The notes beneath the pieces are model-generated. The model did no database searches and had not been told where the DNA came from. It saw nothing but the letters and a program-made list of their open reading frames with translations. A program made the position numbers and the translations under genes. Positions 27,930-41,799 of a DNA stretch of 64,000 nt are shown here, piece after piece. This stretch comes from Podarcis cretensis (taxonomy: Eukaryota): assembly GCA_951804945.1 (NCBI GenBank), contig OX638149.1:74834001-74898000 (forward strand). Reading direction: 5' to 3'. Numbering within the stretch: position 1 is the stretch's first letter; each line of letters starts with the position of its first letter.

Positions 27930-28896
27930 ACCTCTAGAATGGGTGCTGTAATGGGGATCTACATTCCATGAGAAAAGGCCTAGGTTTATGCAGGACCGGA
28001 CTGGCCTTGACATGTACTGGATTATCCTCTGGGGCAGGAAGTTTGTTCCTACTGATGTTAATTAGGCAATAAGAGAAATGCTGTGGGCCTTAAAAGGTGG
28101 AGAATGTCTTACTGTGTCTGCATAATCAGCCACATACTTGTGTCCAACCCCATCCTAGGTGGCAAATGGCCCATTAAGAGAGATTAGTGGTCTTTTGTCA
28201 ATGTCAGCCCCTTAAATTGCCTAACAATACCTGAGTTTTTGAGGCTTTGTTCATCCTGGTTCCCTGTTTCATTCTTAACTAAAGTGGAAAAAAGGAATTA
28301 GATGGTGACATTGCTAGCATTGGCACACACCAATTCTGGTCTCAGTGGGGCTGTGTTGCCTTTTGTTTTTCTGGGCTCTTGGTAGGTAAGCTGGCCTCAA
28401 AATCCAAGGAGAAAACAACCCTTTTGCAAACTGGATTTTTATGGCTAGGAAGCCCAATGAATCATGCAAGAGAGATGACAATTTTACTTTTGACTTCTAC
28501 CCAGCCCCAAACTTCCATGTAAAACTATTCAGTAAGCCTGTTGATCTGCTCCCTTTTCTTTCTCAGCCGCTCTGCACTGAGGCTGCTTCTGCAGTAGCTC
28601 CAGGAGTCTGAATGGTGTTTTTCATTTCAGAGCAGTCTGGGTAATTCTGTAGCACAATTTGCTCCCTTGATGATTTCCTGGCCATTAATGTTATTACCAG
28701 GTCCTCACTCTGGCAGAGAGACCACTTCACCTTAAGCAAACATTGTTAACAAGCCATTTACTCTGAGTCAGATACAATAAGGCAATTGAAACAAAACAAC
28801 AGTATGTCTGAGCTGAACTGTACAACCTTTCAACCTTCTGCTTAGTGAGTACAGTATACATTTTGCCACTGAGCTGCTACAAGCCCTCTCCCTGTA

Positions 28897-29032
28897 CAGG
28901 CATCCCCAAGCTCGGCCCTCCAGATGTTTTGGGACTACAATTCCCATCATCCCTGACCACTGGTCCTGTTAGCTAGGGATGATGGGAGTTGTAGTCCCAA
29001 AACATATAGAGGGTCGAGTTTGGGGATGCCTG
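28897..29032. mobile_element. Palindromic ~135-bp hAT-like MITE
   Basis: caggcatcccca...tggggatgcctg ends, same core as 5467. Confidence 0.85.
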
Positions 29033-31436
29033 CCCTAATATATTCTTCGTTTGCCTCTGGCTTAAGCATCATGCTCAATGCAGCAGAAATAGTACATTCT
29101 GAGATTGCTGAAGCAATGAGCACCTTTAGATTCTCTACCTCATCACAGAGAATTGTAGAATTTGTAGAGCTGGAAGGGACCAAAAGGGTCATCTAGTCCA
29201 GACCCCTGCATTGCAGGAATATTTGCCCAGCATGGGTTAGTAGAGTCTCATGCTCTTACTAACCGAGCTATCCCAGCTATCATAAAAAAAGAGCAATGGC
29301 AGATTGAGCAGTTATAACAGTTGCCTTTGAAGAGTTTGACTAGTTAATCTGAAATCTGATGAAGCGGGCTCTGTGCCTTACCCAAAGCTGGATATAACAT
29401 CCTGGTTATCTACCTGGGTGAACACATCTGGCACATCCAGCAAAACACTGTCTTTGCCATGTGTGGCTGTCATCTAAGGCAACCGTCCTGGTCTCTTCTG
29501 TCTCCCCTCACTCCTTTAGATGCTTAGTTAATGGGTGCTGCTTAATTCCTATATGAAATGCAATAAAGGAAAGTTGAAAGTTGCTAGCTGGACTATACTG
29601 GAGAAATGTAAAATACATATTACTTCTTTAAACATTAATCTGAGTTAGCACAGGCGGTGGGAAGCTTCTCCTAAACTAGGCTGCCTGGTTCCCATGCCAA
29701 TGTCCGAGTCCTAGTTCTCATTGAGATGGTAATTCTGTGTTCCCTAGGCTGTGCATGACTGAATGAGCCTCCATGCAAAAAGAAATTTAAATAACATATT
29801 GAAGGCTATGCTAGAATCTTTCTCTCTGGCATCATTTAATAAAGTTGGCAGCAGCTAGATGTCCATTTGGACCGTTGACTGTAATAGTAATTAGTTCTCT
29901 CTCGCCCCACCCCCACCCCCAAGTCTTTGTTATTTTTAATCAAAGATGAAATGTGGGCTTGTTACACGTAGAACCATTAGTAAAGTCACTGGCCCTACCA
30001 AAATTGCTCATTAGCAACAATTAATATTTTGTTTATAAGCAGCCAGCCCTAGAAGGAAGCAATATGAGCATTTCCCTAATTAAAGAAGTTACACTGCAGA
30101 ACAGTTTAAGATGATTTTTAAGATTTTGCTGACAATGGGGGTATGGTGATGTTCTGGGTAAGGCCAGTTTTCCTGCTCCCTCTTTGTGTTCAGTGTACGC
30201 AGGGAGGGAAACATTGAAAAGGATAAATGAGTTAGGGAACTTGTTTCCACACCCCATCACTTGCAGATCCTAAAATGCCTGCATTGTTCTGACAGGTCCG
30301 TAATTTAACTTAGCACAAGTCAGTCTGAGAGGTATGTTGGAAAAGTTTGTACCTATGCGTCAAAGAGAGAATTTCACTCTGAGCTTGCAAACTGACCTTT
30401 GGCAAGAAGTCCTAAACAATTTAAGTAGATAATTGGATGAAAATGCCATCAAACAAGTGCAGTTGTTGAAACCTGTTACATGAGTTACTTTCCTAGTAAA
30501 GTTACACATCACACAGTTGCAAAGCTAGCCATTTCTAGATCTGCACATGTAAATTTCCCTTTCTCCTGTGAGAACTGGGGAGCTGGAGGAAGCCTCATAG
30601 GCCATCTATCTTGTTGCAGTATATCTAGAGATCAAGGGAGGGAGGGAGATTCATTCTGGTTTGGACATTTTTCTGGGATAAAGGAGTCAGACATTGTTTC
30701 TATTTGACCAGCATGTTAAATCTATTGCTATACTTTGTCAAGATCATGACTTAGTACAAACCCATCTATGCTAGAGTACTTTCAATATTATAATAACCCT
30801 GTTGGTTCTTCCCTGGATTTTATTTTCTGGCATGAAATGTTTTTTGCTATGAACATTTGGTTTTAAGATATATTTAAAAAAACGAAACGCCTGACTGTCA
30901 AGGCTGTAAGAGGTTCACTTTGCTGGCAGGACACTGAAAATAAGTTTCTAAATAATGCATGTGTTTCAACTGCATCAGTGATGTAACTATATTTGCCATG
31001 CAGTACAAAAACAAGCCAGGCTCATGCGCTCTGCTCTGCAGCCACAGCCAGAAAGTGCTCTCAACTTTGAATGAACCAGTACAGGTACCTGGAGGCAAGG
31101 CAAAAGCAACAACAATTGTGTCAGGCTGTAGTCCCATGCACGCTTATTTGGAGGTAAATCTCACTGAACTCAGCTTGTCTTTATTCTGAGTAAACATACA
31201 CACAACTGAACTGCATGACCCACAACCAAAGCAGCAGGCAAATATTTATTCAGAACTCTGGGGCAGTGTTTAAAAAAACAAAACAAAAAAACTTAATTTC
31301 CAGGGCCTAGTCTTCAGAGAGACACTGCCTCCAACACTGTGGCTAGCAGTCACTGATAGCCCTATCATCCAATATTTTATCTCATCCTCTTGGAAAGCTA
31401 TCCAGATTGGTGGCCATCACTTTCCTTTGTCTATCT

Positions 31437-31572
31437 CAATGTTTCCCAAACTTGGGTCCCCAGCTGTTTTTGAACTACAATTCCCATCATCCCTGACCAC
31501 TTGTCCTGATAGCTAGGGATGATGGGAGTTGTAGTCCAAAAACAGCTGGGGACCCAAGTTTGGGAAACACTG
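31437..31572. mobile_element. Palindromic ~135-bp hAT-like MITE
   Basis: caatgtttcccaaacttgggtccccagctg / cagctggggacccaagtttgggaaacactg arms. Confidence 0.85.
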
Positions 31573-31851
31573 GCCGAATCTTCCAACATTCAGCATCAAT
31601 GGATGGCTTTGGATTCTAGTATTATGAGAGGAAGGAAAACTTCTTGTCCACCTTCCTCACACTATGATAAATTTACATTGGAGTTTCTAAAAGGAAGCTT
31701 TTCATTATTTGGTCTGGAAGTGACCACTATTTTTACACAAATTTAGCACTTTCTCCCCCTTCATTTTGCCCTAACTTTCTGGCTTCTGCCAACATAGTGC
31801 TCCTTTTGTGAAATTGAGCACACGTAATATTGTTAGCCAAGTGGAATAAAG

Positions 31852-31975
31852 GGTAAGGTAAAGGTAAAGAACCCCTGGATGGTTAAGTCCAGTCAAAGGC
31901 AACTATGGGGTGTGGTGCTCATCTTGCGTTTCAGGCCAAGGGAGCTGGCGTTTGTCCACAGACAGCTTTCTGGGT
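31852..31975 (-). mobile_element. Sauria SINE 3' fragment
   Basis: ggtaaggtaaaggtaaag tail plus 3' body only. Confidence 0.7.
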
Positions 31976-32963
31976 GCTCCCTTGCCCTGAAAATGCTGAA
32001 AAGCAAATTTAGCAGACTGAAATATTTTTTTTTAAACCTGCCCCTTACAATTGTTAATTTTATGTGTATACTGTCTCTGTGTGTATGTGGCTAGATGCTG
32101 TTGCTAAGACCTCAAAATTCCTAACACAATGCATAATATATCTTGTCTGTCTGTGTCTGTTTGTTTGTTTCACTCTGAATAAGGGATGTGTCCCAAATCG
32201 TAACTCGTATCTAGTTCATGTCAATACTGAAGCAGAGTTGGCAGCATGACAAACAGAAATGCGATTGCTCCCAGGGACTTGGATGTTAGCAGCAACCTTG
32301 AATAACCTGCATGCAGATTTTCAATTCCAACGAGATTCTGGACGCATCCTAAGCATTAAAGGCTCTGTGCCAGAATCCAGCCAACAACCCTAATAACCTT
32401 ACCATATAATTCTCTCTCTCTTTCACTGAAGCAGCAAAGCAGATGGACAGATTCACTGGATAGGGTGGGGGAGGTAATTATGCAAAGCTGTTTGCAGTAA
32501 TATTAAAACATCCTCTTCTCTCTTTTTTAAAAGAAGTAGGTTTTTGTGCCATTTGCTGCTAAGCCCTCAGGAACACAGAAGTAAATCCCATTGTTCAAAT
32601 ACATGTGTACAGGACTGCAACGTTATTGCTCCGGCAGAGGAAGTAGCCACAAAAGACCCTCCATGTAAGTTAAAACGCCAGAGCTTTTTATACTGGGGGC
32701 AGAGAAAGAGCCTTACTTGACCTTCCAAAAATCTATTTTGGGAAACTCATATATGCCCAATATCTCTTACAGAGGTTACAAGCCAGATGAAATGTCCTCA
32801 ACCAAGCTTACTGAGAATGCCACTGAAAAGTATTTTTCAAAGTAGAGGAAATGGTTGAAAGGATATGAAGAAATAGAAAAGGGGTGTGCAGCAGCTGCCT
32901 GCCCCACCTCTCTCTCACACACTGCCAGTCTCTCTGAGTATGAATGGAACAAAGCCTCTAGTG

Positions 32964-33100
32964 AAAGGCTTCCTCAAACTCGGCCCTCCATATGCTTTTG
33001 GCCTACAACTCCCATGATCCCTAGTTAGCAGGACCAGTGGTCAGGGATGATGGGAACTGTAGTCTCAAAACATCTGGAGGGCCGAAGTTGAGGAAGCCTG
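32964..33100. mobile_element. Palindromic ~135-bp hAT-like MITE
   Basis: Inverted arms, 8-bp TSD ctctagtg on both sides. Confidence 0.85.
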
Positions 33101-34339
33101 CTCTAGTGTTATGGTGCTGAGGCTCAGATGGGGTAGCTTGTCTGGCTAAGGAGAATATAGACCTGTTATTGTGATAAGTTCCATCCTTCTAGTGGTAAAG
33201 TTAAGGCCTATCTCATCCTGAAACAAAATCAGATTGTAGAAGCTTTCCCCACACCCTCTGCACTCTGCAAGAAGTCCACCATTTAAAAATATCTGTACCA
33301 GGAAAAAGTACAAACTAATCTGGAGTGCAAACAGTGGAGTAGGTGCAATAAAATGTAATAAAGATCAACAGATCAGCACACAGACTAGTAGATTCCAATA
33401 AGTGTAGGGCATCCACTGATCACGCTGAGATCACAACTTAACATACGTTTGCGCCTGCAATTAGTACCAACTGCACAGCAAATGAGATAGTTTTCAACAG
33501 GGACATTCAATAAACCTATTGGCCCAAGAGGATGAAAAATATGAAATATGTAAAATCTGCTTTACCAGTGTCTGCTTATGTAATAATGTGCTTCTAAAAT
33601 TATTATTTAAAGGGTTCTTTTTAATTATAGCTCTACCAGCAGTTCTCAATCTACCCACCCTGCTCACCATTAAATTCATGTGTTTTTTTTAAACATAGGT
33701 GGAAATATGTAATTTTTATTCCAATAAGTAATGCTGTCAGATACTGTTACTGTTCAATAGCCTAGTCTACTGTCTGTATTCAAACCAAAGTGATATTTAA
33801 CCATTAATAAACTTTATAACTTTCTCCTATGGATTTCATTTCATGTTGTATACTAGAATTATGCATGTGTAGGAATTATATTTTATATCATTCAAAGTAT
33901 CTTTTGGGAGTGGAGTCTAGACTGTAAATCACTGCAGCAATTGGTGATGTTAGCAAAACTCAACCTGCTGATGATATTCATCCCATATGATAAGTGATCA
34001 GATGTTACATAATAGGGTTCTTTTTCCCATTGTTTACATTTTGTTCTCCATGTCTGCAAGTTGAAGGGGTGTTCTGTTTGTGATAGCCTTAAGCACATGG
34101 ATTGAGGAGTTAGTGCCAACCATCCAACTCAGCGGAATGTCCCTCTAGATAAACATATTCTTAGGATCCAGCTGCGTGCATTTATGTTAACTTGACAGCC
34201 CAATCCTGAGCATGTTTACTTGAAAGTAAATTTGTTCAGTGGGGATTACTTGCCAATAAGTGTCTTGTCTACAGGATGGCAACTTGGGAGTTAAATGACA
34301 TTTTTTTTTAGGTATGCTCAATGCTGGTTGCCCCTTTTA

Positions 34340-34550
34340 TTTTACTTTTTTATTTTTTAAATGTATTTTTATTAAAGATTTCTTGGTTTACAAAAGTATG
34401 TGCAATGTCTCTTTTTCAAGTTACATTTTCTGCAGATCAGTTTCATTTGTTGTGAGACATTAGCGTTACATTAAGGAAAAAAGGGGGGAAAGAGGGGGAG
34501 GGGGGAATGGTAAGTGGGGGTGGGGTGGGGTAGCAATGCTTCTATTCTCC
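34340..34550 (-). mobile_element. Poly(A)-tailed LINE-like 3' end fragment
   Basis: T-rich tail with minus-strand AATAAA followed by G-rich tract. Confidence 0.4.
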
Positions 34551-35386
34551 TTAGCGCAGGGGTACCCAAACGTTTTTCAAAGAGGGCCAGATTTTATGAA
34601 GTGAACATGTGTGAGAGCTGACCAAAGTTGTTAAGTACAGTAAGTAGTCATTTATTTTCTCTCTCTCTCTTTCTCTCTCTCACACACCATTTTATCTCTG
34701 GATGATAAAGAGCTGGTAATGGAGAAACAGCTAATTATTCAGTATTTCTGGGTGGCGGACTGGGGCCAAATGAGCTCTAGTTCTCTGTGCTTTATTACTT
34801 AGACAGAGGTGATGGCTTACTCCTCTAACTGGCAGTGACTACAGCTCAGTAGCAGAGTGCCACAGTCAGGTCTCAGTTTCAATCTCCAGCAGGGCTGGAA
34901 ATGCCTGTGGTCTGAAACTTGCTGGTCAGTCTTTAATAACACTGGGCTAGAGACATAAAAAACAACTGTCTTATATGATTGGTAACAGCTCTCCAAAGTT
35001 TCAGGCAGGGGTTGTTCCCAGCCCTACCTGGAGATGCTCAGAACTGAACCTAGGACCTTTTGCCTGCAAAACAGATGCTTTGCTGCCCAGCCAGGATACT
35101 GATGGCTAGCAAGGCTAATCTTCTGACTCAGTCTGTGAGCTGCCTACGGTCACTGGCCACCTGCTTCCTTGCTTGCCTCCGCTGGGCCTCCTCCTCCCTC
35201 TGTACTGTCTGCATGAACAGGAAGTGCCTGCAGAGGGAGAGGGCATCTCGGAAATGAGCAGCGGCAACCATCACTTGCTCAAAACTTTCTGCAGAACCAA
35301 AGGTGAACAATCATGCAGAGGGAGGCAGCTGCCTTCTCCCCATTCTCTCTCTCTGGGAGGATTGGGAGCCTCCACCAGTGTGCCAA

Positions 35387-35743
35387 GGGATGCGGGTGGT
35401 GCTGTGGGTTAAACCACAGAGCCTAGGACTTGCCGATCGGAAGGTCGGTGGTTCGAATCCCCGTGACGGGGTGAGCTCCCGTTGCTCAGTCCCTGCTCCT
35501 GCCAACCTAGCAGTTCGAAAGCACGTCAAAGTGCAAGTAGATAAATAGGTACCGCTCCGGTGGGAAGGTAAACGGCGTTTCCGTGCGCTGCTTTGGTTCT
35601 CCAGAAGCGGCTTAGTCATGCTGGCCACATGACCCGGAAGCTGTACGCCAGCTCCCTCGGCCAATAAAGCGAGATGAGCGCCGCATCCCCAGAGTCGGTC
35701 ATGACTGGACCTAATGGTCAGGGGTCCCTTTACCTCTACCTCT
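35387..35743 (+). mobile_element. Sauria SINE, full length
   Basis: GGGATGCGGGTGGTGCTGTGGGTTAAACC head, B box GGTTCGAATCC, TTTACCTCTACCTCT tail, about 13-bp TSD acca(g/c)tgtgccaa. Confidence 0.92.
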
Positions 35744-36059
35744 ACCACTGTGCCAACAGAGGGTCAACTCAGACCAGGAAGTGACAGGAGGAGGGCAGCC
35801 GCTCCTTCTATGCTCTTTGCTTCCTATTTGCTGCACTGCCCAGAGAGAGGAAGAAAGTGACGGTAGGCAGAGGCCATTGCTCGCCTTTTCTCTGTGTGCA
35901 GCACCACCACCAGCCCGGTCCTCCCCACTGAGGCGCCCAGAGGAAGAAACAAAATTGCCTTGCTGCTGGTTTGCCTCTCCACACCAGCAATGCTAGTCGA
36001 CCGGCTGCTTTTCCTACAAAAACTAACAAGTGGCATCCATGTTGTGAGTTGACCCCAGT

Positions 36060-37900
36060 GACTCCGCAACACTGGTTCTCCGGCCTTGTGCCGCAGGGCA
36101 TCGGATTGATGGTTTTGCAGGCCCCTTCAGAGTGCGCTCTCTCAGCCTTTCTGAGATCTGGGTGCCCTCCAGCCTGTTTGGGGCTGCCACCCGCATCCGC
36201 TCCGGCCCCCACGTCGCCGGGTTTTTCCTTCCTCCGTCGGATCTCCCGGCCTCTGACCTGACCGGGAGGAAGCGAGTAGGGACGCCACGTGCTTCGATCC
36301 CCAGGGAGCCTAACTCTTGGCGCCTGTGCGCTGCGGAGTGACTGCGCCGGCCTGAGTCAGAACCGCCCCGCCGCCGCCGCCGAAGCCCGGCTCCCCTCGA
36401 CGTGTGGGCCGGCACGTCCCACGGTGGCCAACCCAGTCAGACAAGCGGCGGCGACCGCCCCCTCCGACGTCACGCGCGGGATCCCTACTTAAGCGCCCGC
36501 CGCCTCCCCCCGCCTCGCGGTACTGCAGCGGCAATCGGAGGGCCCGGTCATTGCGCGCACGCTTTGCTAGACTTACCCAGGTAAGGAAGCGCTCGTGGGA
36601 ACGAGGCGGGCTGGGCGAGGCGTGCAAAGAGCCCCGCGCCACCTTTCTCCACTTGCACCCTCGGGGTAAAGCAAGCCGTCCAAAGAGGACTTTCCCCTGC
36701 TGGATGGGTAGAAGGAGATCCTCCAAAGCGGAGCTAAGAGACCGGGCGTTTGGCGCGCAAGGAAGGAGAGGCAGAGTCGGTAGGAAGGCAGCCCTCTAGG
36801 TCGGGGTAAGGCAACTCCGGACGTTGTGGGACCACATTGGCCACGCCAGCTTGGGCTGATGCGAGAGTTGGGCGTCGGGAGGGCACCACGTTGGCTACCC
36901 GTGAGAAGGTGTGAGAGGAGGAAATAGGAATCTCTCCCCGCTTCCCCCGTGTGCCCCCTGAAATGGTTTTGTAAGAAGTGCCCGGGGTGGGGAGAGAAGC
37001 AGGCTGTTGTGGTCCTTTTTTGGGCCCACTGGTCATTATGTAACGCGAGGGGTGGAGGGAGGCGGCTGCAGAAAGGGATGCTCTGTACAGGTCAGAGAGT
37101 CCACTTTGGAGCGGAAAACACCGAGCCCTGGACCCTCAATAAATTCGAGCTGTTTTAGGTATGGAATTTTTAAATGGATTTCCAATGCCCCGAGGCTTTG
37201 GGTGTGTTGGGGTGGAGAGATGACTGTGCTGGAGTTACTTTGCGAGGACCTGTGGACGCGTCGTATTTCCTTGCCGCCTCCGCCCTCGGTTCTGCAATAT
37301 CCGCTACAGAGAGGAGGGAAAACGTGGTTTCCGAAAACCGCTGGGTCATCGCACTGCCGGGAGGAAATTAAAAAAGGGAGGGGGGATGTCCGGGGAAGGT
37401 TGCGCTTTGGGGCCACTGGAACTTCTAGGTCGCTAGTCCATGGTGAGGTTTGCAGCTCAAGCGCAGCCGAGTTATTGCTCAGCCTGTTGCACCTTCTTAG
37501 CTCCTTTATTTCGTCCCGGGAGCGGGACTAGCACCACCCTATCAACCCCCGGGCGAAGATCGCGGTGGTATTCTGTCTCGGACTCGCCTAGTTCTCGTGC
37601 CTTTGAGCCGGGATTCCTCCTTGCCTTTTATCCCTGGCAACTAAATCAACCTGATTGCATTCGGCTCGCACGGAGGAGGAGGAGGAGGAAGTGTGGACAG
37701 TTCTCTCCATTCCCCGCCTGCATCGCGCCCCCCGCCCGACCATTGAATATCTTGCACCGGGAAAACTGGTCAGCACTGGATTCAGTGCCTCACACGGCCC
37801 GCTTCCCGGAAATTTAATTGGGAGGGGTATGAAGCGGTAGTTCATCTCGGCAGTAGCTGGATCGCGCTCGCAGTCGGTGATCCCCTTAGGAATATAGTGC
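36060..37900 (+). promoter_or_regulatory. LDHA CpG-island promoter and non-coding exon 1 (donor CAG|GTAAGG at 36580)
   Basis: CpG-rich. CACGTG 36286-36291, TGAGTCA 36353-36359, ACGTG-N8-CACGT 36400-36417, CGACGTCA 36465-36472, TACTTAAG 36486-36493. Confidence 0.85.
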
Positions 37901-38160
37901 CGCTTATGTAGGGGTGGGAGGAAGGTAGATCTGGATCTGCTGATCTCTGATGGATCTGCGTTAGATCACCGAGGGTTTCAGGCTGCCCTAACAAAACTGC
38001 TTCTCTCCACTTAAAACAGCTTAGGGGGGTTTTTTGTCGGGGGCGGGGTGCTAAGCAGGAGAAGACTCCTGAGTTCTGGTTCAGAGAACCAAATTCTAGA
38101 CACCTTGTTTTATTATACTGTAACTTGTTCGTGCATGGGCTTTGGCTGATTATATTTTGG

Positions 38161-38162
<2 letters not shown>

Positions 38163-38192
<30 letters not shown>
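38163..38192. repeat. (GT)15 microsatellite
   Basis: Direct read. Confidence 0.95.
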
Positions 38193-38195
<3 letters not shown>

Positions 38196-38935
38196 AAGTA
38201 TATCCGCTAAGCCTGAAATCTGTCTACCTCCCAAGGCTTAATACGCTTCCTGGTTAACAGTATTGCTACCTAGTTTAAGGGATGTCGGAAGAATCCCAGA
38301 GAAGATAACTTGTGTTAGTGAATCACTTCACTCTTCAGTGAGAATAGGCGGAGCCAGGCATTGTGTTGTGGGGAAAATGCCCTTTCCCTCAATTTGTTGT
38401 GACTTCCCAGATTCTTGCAGATTTATTAGGGGTAATTCTTAAGACTGCAGGAATGCAAACTATAGGGCCCAAACTACATATGCTCAAGTGGGCCACATGC
38501 ATAGTGGAATGCAGTTTTGCCAGATGTTCAGCCGGGAGCTTAGGGGAGCAAGCATAGTTGTGCCTCCTCCTTGCAATGGAAATAGGTTAAAATGAGATGC
38601 AAGCTCAGCCAATTAGCTTCATTAGGGAGCTGAGATCTGAGCCCTGGTCAAAGCCCAGCACTCTTGGCTGCACAACGAGGCTGATCCTGTACATGGCTAT
38701 GACTGTGTGCAGTTAGTTCCAGGCAGGGAGCTGGCAGAAGAACTGAATGTCTACAGACCCAGCAGTTGGGGCTAAATTAGGCTTGAATGTGGAGTGGCTC
38801 AGTTCACACAGGAAGTTGATGTAGTTGCTCCAGCACACAAACCAAATGGCTTGTAACACAAGTGTGCATTTACCACACTGTTATTGAAAATGCATTTGGC
38901 AGCATTGTGGTGATGGCACCAAGTTGTGAATTTAT

Positions 38936-38974
<39 letters not shown>
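38936..38974. repeat. Compound (TC)n(AC)n microsatellite
   Basis: Direct read. Confidence 0.9.
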
Positions 38975-41673
38975 TCCAGATTATGTGGACGCACATGGTT
39001 CAGTGTAAGAGTTTGATTTTGTGAATTGGACTCAAGGCCTCATCTCACCTTTAAAGGCAGTATCATACCACTTCAAACAGTCATGGCTTATCTCAAATAA
39101 CTCAGGGAACCAGTTTATTAAAGCTGCTGTGAGTTGTTTGGAGACCCCTATTCTCACACAGCCACAACTCCCAGAGTGAAGGGAACTCTCAGAACTCAAA
39201 CTATGGTTCCTATGATTCTTTGGGGGAAGCCATGATTGCTTAAAGAGGCATGATACTTCTTTAAATGACTCCAGAAGTGTGCCACTGGTACCAAGTTCTA
39301 ATAATATTCCGCTTTTTGTCCTGTGTTTGGTCACAGGAACATGATTTACCAGCTTTCCCCTTCCTTCTTCCAACAGCTTGAATTTTGTAAATCTAGGTGC
39401 ATGTTAACCCCCCCCCCCGTGGCTTTCCTAGCATCACATATGCAGATTCCCTTTGACTTCAGCTTCTTCATCAGATACCACCCACATGCCCAGAGCCCTT
39501 TCATGTCAGAATGTGCCTTTGTGACCTTGGCCTCTACAGGGCAGTGGAATTAGGTTTCCATTTTGCTTGTTGAATTAGACATGCAAAAATTAGTAATCCT
39601 GTTTTGTTACACTCAGCATGACACATTTCTGCCTATAGAGATGTGTCTTTCAATTTCAGGAAAGGTATCTGATGCTGCAAAATTGCTGATCAGATGAAAA
39701 AAATTACAATTTCATTGGAATGATGTGGAGCTTAATGTACGTACTGCATATGAATCTTGCTTGTGCCTCACTCTGAACTGCACTGTTGTTAATTCACACT
39801 ATTATTGGCAACTAATAAGCAGCTGTTTTTAGTTTATGGGGAAGTTGCTAGGTCATTCACTTGCTACTGCTTCAGAAGTTGTGGTTTTGTTTTGTTGCAA
39901 AACTCGCTCATTGTCACAAATGTCTCCAAATACTTACTGATCACCAAACTGGAGTGCTGATGGTCACGGTGGAGAGAGAGTGCTTGCCTTGATTTGCTCT
40001 TTAACCACCAAGTGAACAGCTGCATATAGTAGCAACAAAAAGACCTACAGTAACTCTGATTCAATATATTCAGTAGGGACACTCAGTATTTCCACATTTG
40101 CAGTAGCATCATTTCTGCAAAGAGCATAACTGAGCAGAGTGCTGCATATCAGATGACACTAAAGTGATGCACCCAGGAGAGATCAGACTTTTTGGTTCCC
40201 CCCCCTTGCAGTTGTTCTACATGGGGCAGCTTTGAATGCAGGAATTGTCATAATTTTGGACTACAGGTGTATGGCTGACTATCCCATGAGCTTTGGAAGC
40301 CCATCTTTTAATGACTGGTTCTGAGATGTGTCATCCTAGCACCTTGCTGTCAGTGATCCAGAATCTACATTCCACATTCTTCTCTCACCAATATATCCCT
40401 TCAATGTGCCCTCCCTCCCCAGTCCTGTTGGGCATCCTTCCTCCTCTTCACCAGCCTTCTCCCACCAAGCAGATGTGCCTTTGTGCCATTACATTACACA
40501 CTTGCTTGCGCCATACTCCCTCCCCCAGTTTGGTTCACCAACTTTAAATTGAGATGGCAATGGCTTGTTGCTGATTTTGATTCAGAACTGCCTGACACTC
40601 TTAATTCCAAAGTTTAACATCATGAAATGCCCCTTCATTCCAGCAACACTGACCACTAATCTGCTATATTGACCCCTTTATTTTCACTTTTGTGCTCTTG
40701 CATTGGCAGGCATGCACCCCCACCCCTTGTTGGTACTACCCAAGTTTTTTATTTTCCTGACTTGCTACTAGCTTCTAGCTCTGGACTCTGGCCCAACATG
40801 ATATCCAGAATCAACCTTTGTCCTCCTGCGGATTTTCACCTGCCATGCTGCCAGTTTTCAGTCCAAGTCTCATTGTCTCTTGTCACCTACACCATTTCCA
40901 GAGCTGTTGTGGCCACAACATCAGAGTATGGCATAATATTTTATGGTTTTTATATACTGCCTAATATTTTATGGTTTTTATATGCTGTTCTCTCCCAAGA
41001 CAGCTTTTAACATTAAACAAAACAAAACATGCATATTTAAGAAATAAAATAAAAACTTTAAGACAAGCATATAGAACCAAGAGCAAAGTGTTTCACTACT
41101 TCCGAGTGAGTCAGTCGCATCTTTTAGTTCTCAATCACACCCTGGGTAGACTTTGTGCCTGAAAGCATACTGATCAAACAGACAAGATGTTTTGTTGCAC
41201 AATGCACTGAGCTTGCAAGATCCTTTGATAAGATACTGTGTGGTTTTGTGTTGCCTGTGTACATTAGCATTCCGCTTCTTGAAAACCTCTGTCTCTCACC
41301 TGCAATGACCCTGCCAAATTTTCTAATGTCTATTTGGGGGGGGGGGGAATGATACATATGTGCCAACAGTGGGTTGGATCCACACTAAAATTAGTTGATT
41401 GAACTTGGATCCCATGTAAATCAATGGGCAATTTACTCATGACTTTGTTCCCATTGTGAAAACAGAAGAATCTGCTAAAATTCAAATACTGCAATAACAA
41501 TTCAAGCAAAATCAAGGTTCTTGCAAATTTACAGAGTAAACTCTGGTGTGTGTATCTTAGTGATGGGATCCATATTTGAAATGGACTGTGTTAACTTATC
41601 ATCACAGCACAATTCAACAAGTGATGAAAATGAGTTGATTGTATTCTTATGTTTCCTCCCACAGAGCTACAAG

Positions 41674-41799
41674 ATGTCTCTCAAGGAAAAGCTGATTGAA
41701 AATGTTCACAAAGAGGAACACCCTCATGCCCACAACAAGATCACTGTGGTTGGGGTTGGTGCAGTTGGCATGGCTTGTGCCATAAGCATTTTGATGAAG
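41674..41799 (+). CDS. LDHA: LDHA coding exon 1
   Basis: [42 protein letters not shown] (Rossmann GxGxxG). Confidence 0.97.

Noticed and set aside
35161-35288. Possible exon of a divergent transcript upstream of LDHA (acceptor ttctgcag, peptide ...REEEAQRRQARKQ)
   Set aside because: Weak donor (GTGGCC), no partner exons and no recognisable product
35387-35470. tRNA-like A/B boxes
   Set aside because: SINE head, not a tRNA gene
35781-37845. Overlapping ORFs of up to 174 aa around the LDHA promoter
   Set aside because: GC-rich promoter and intron 1 artefacts; no homology recognised
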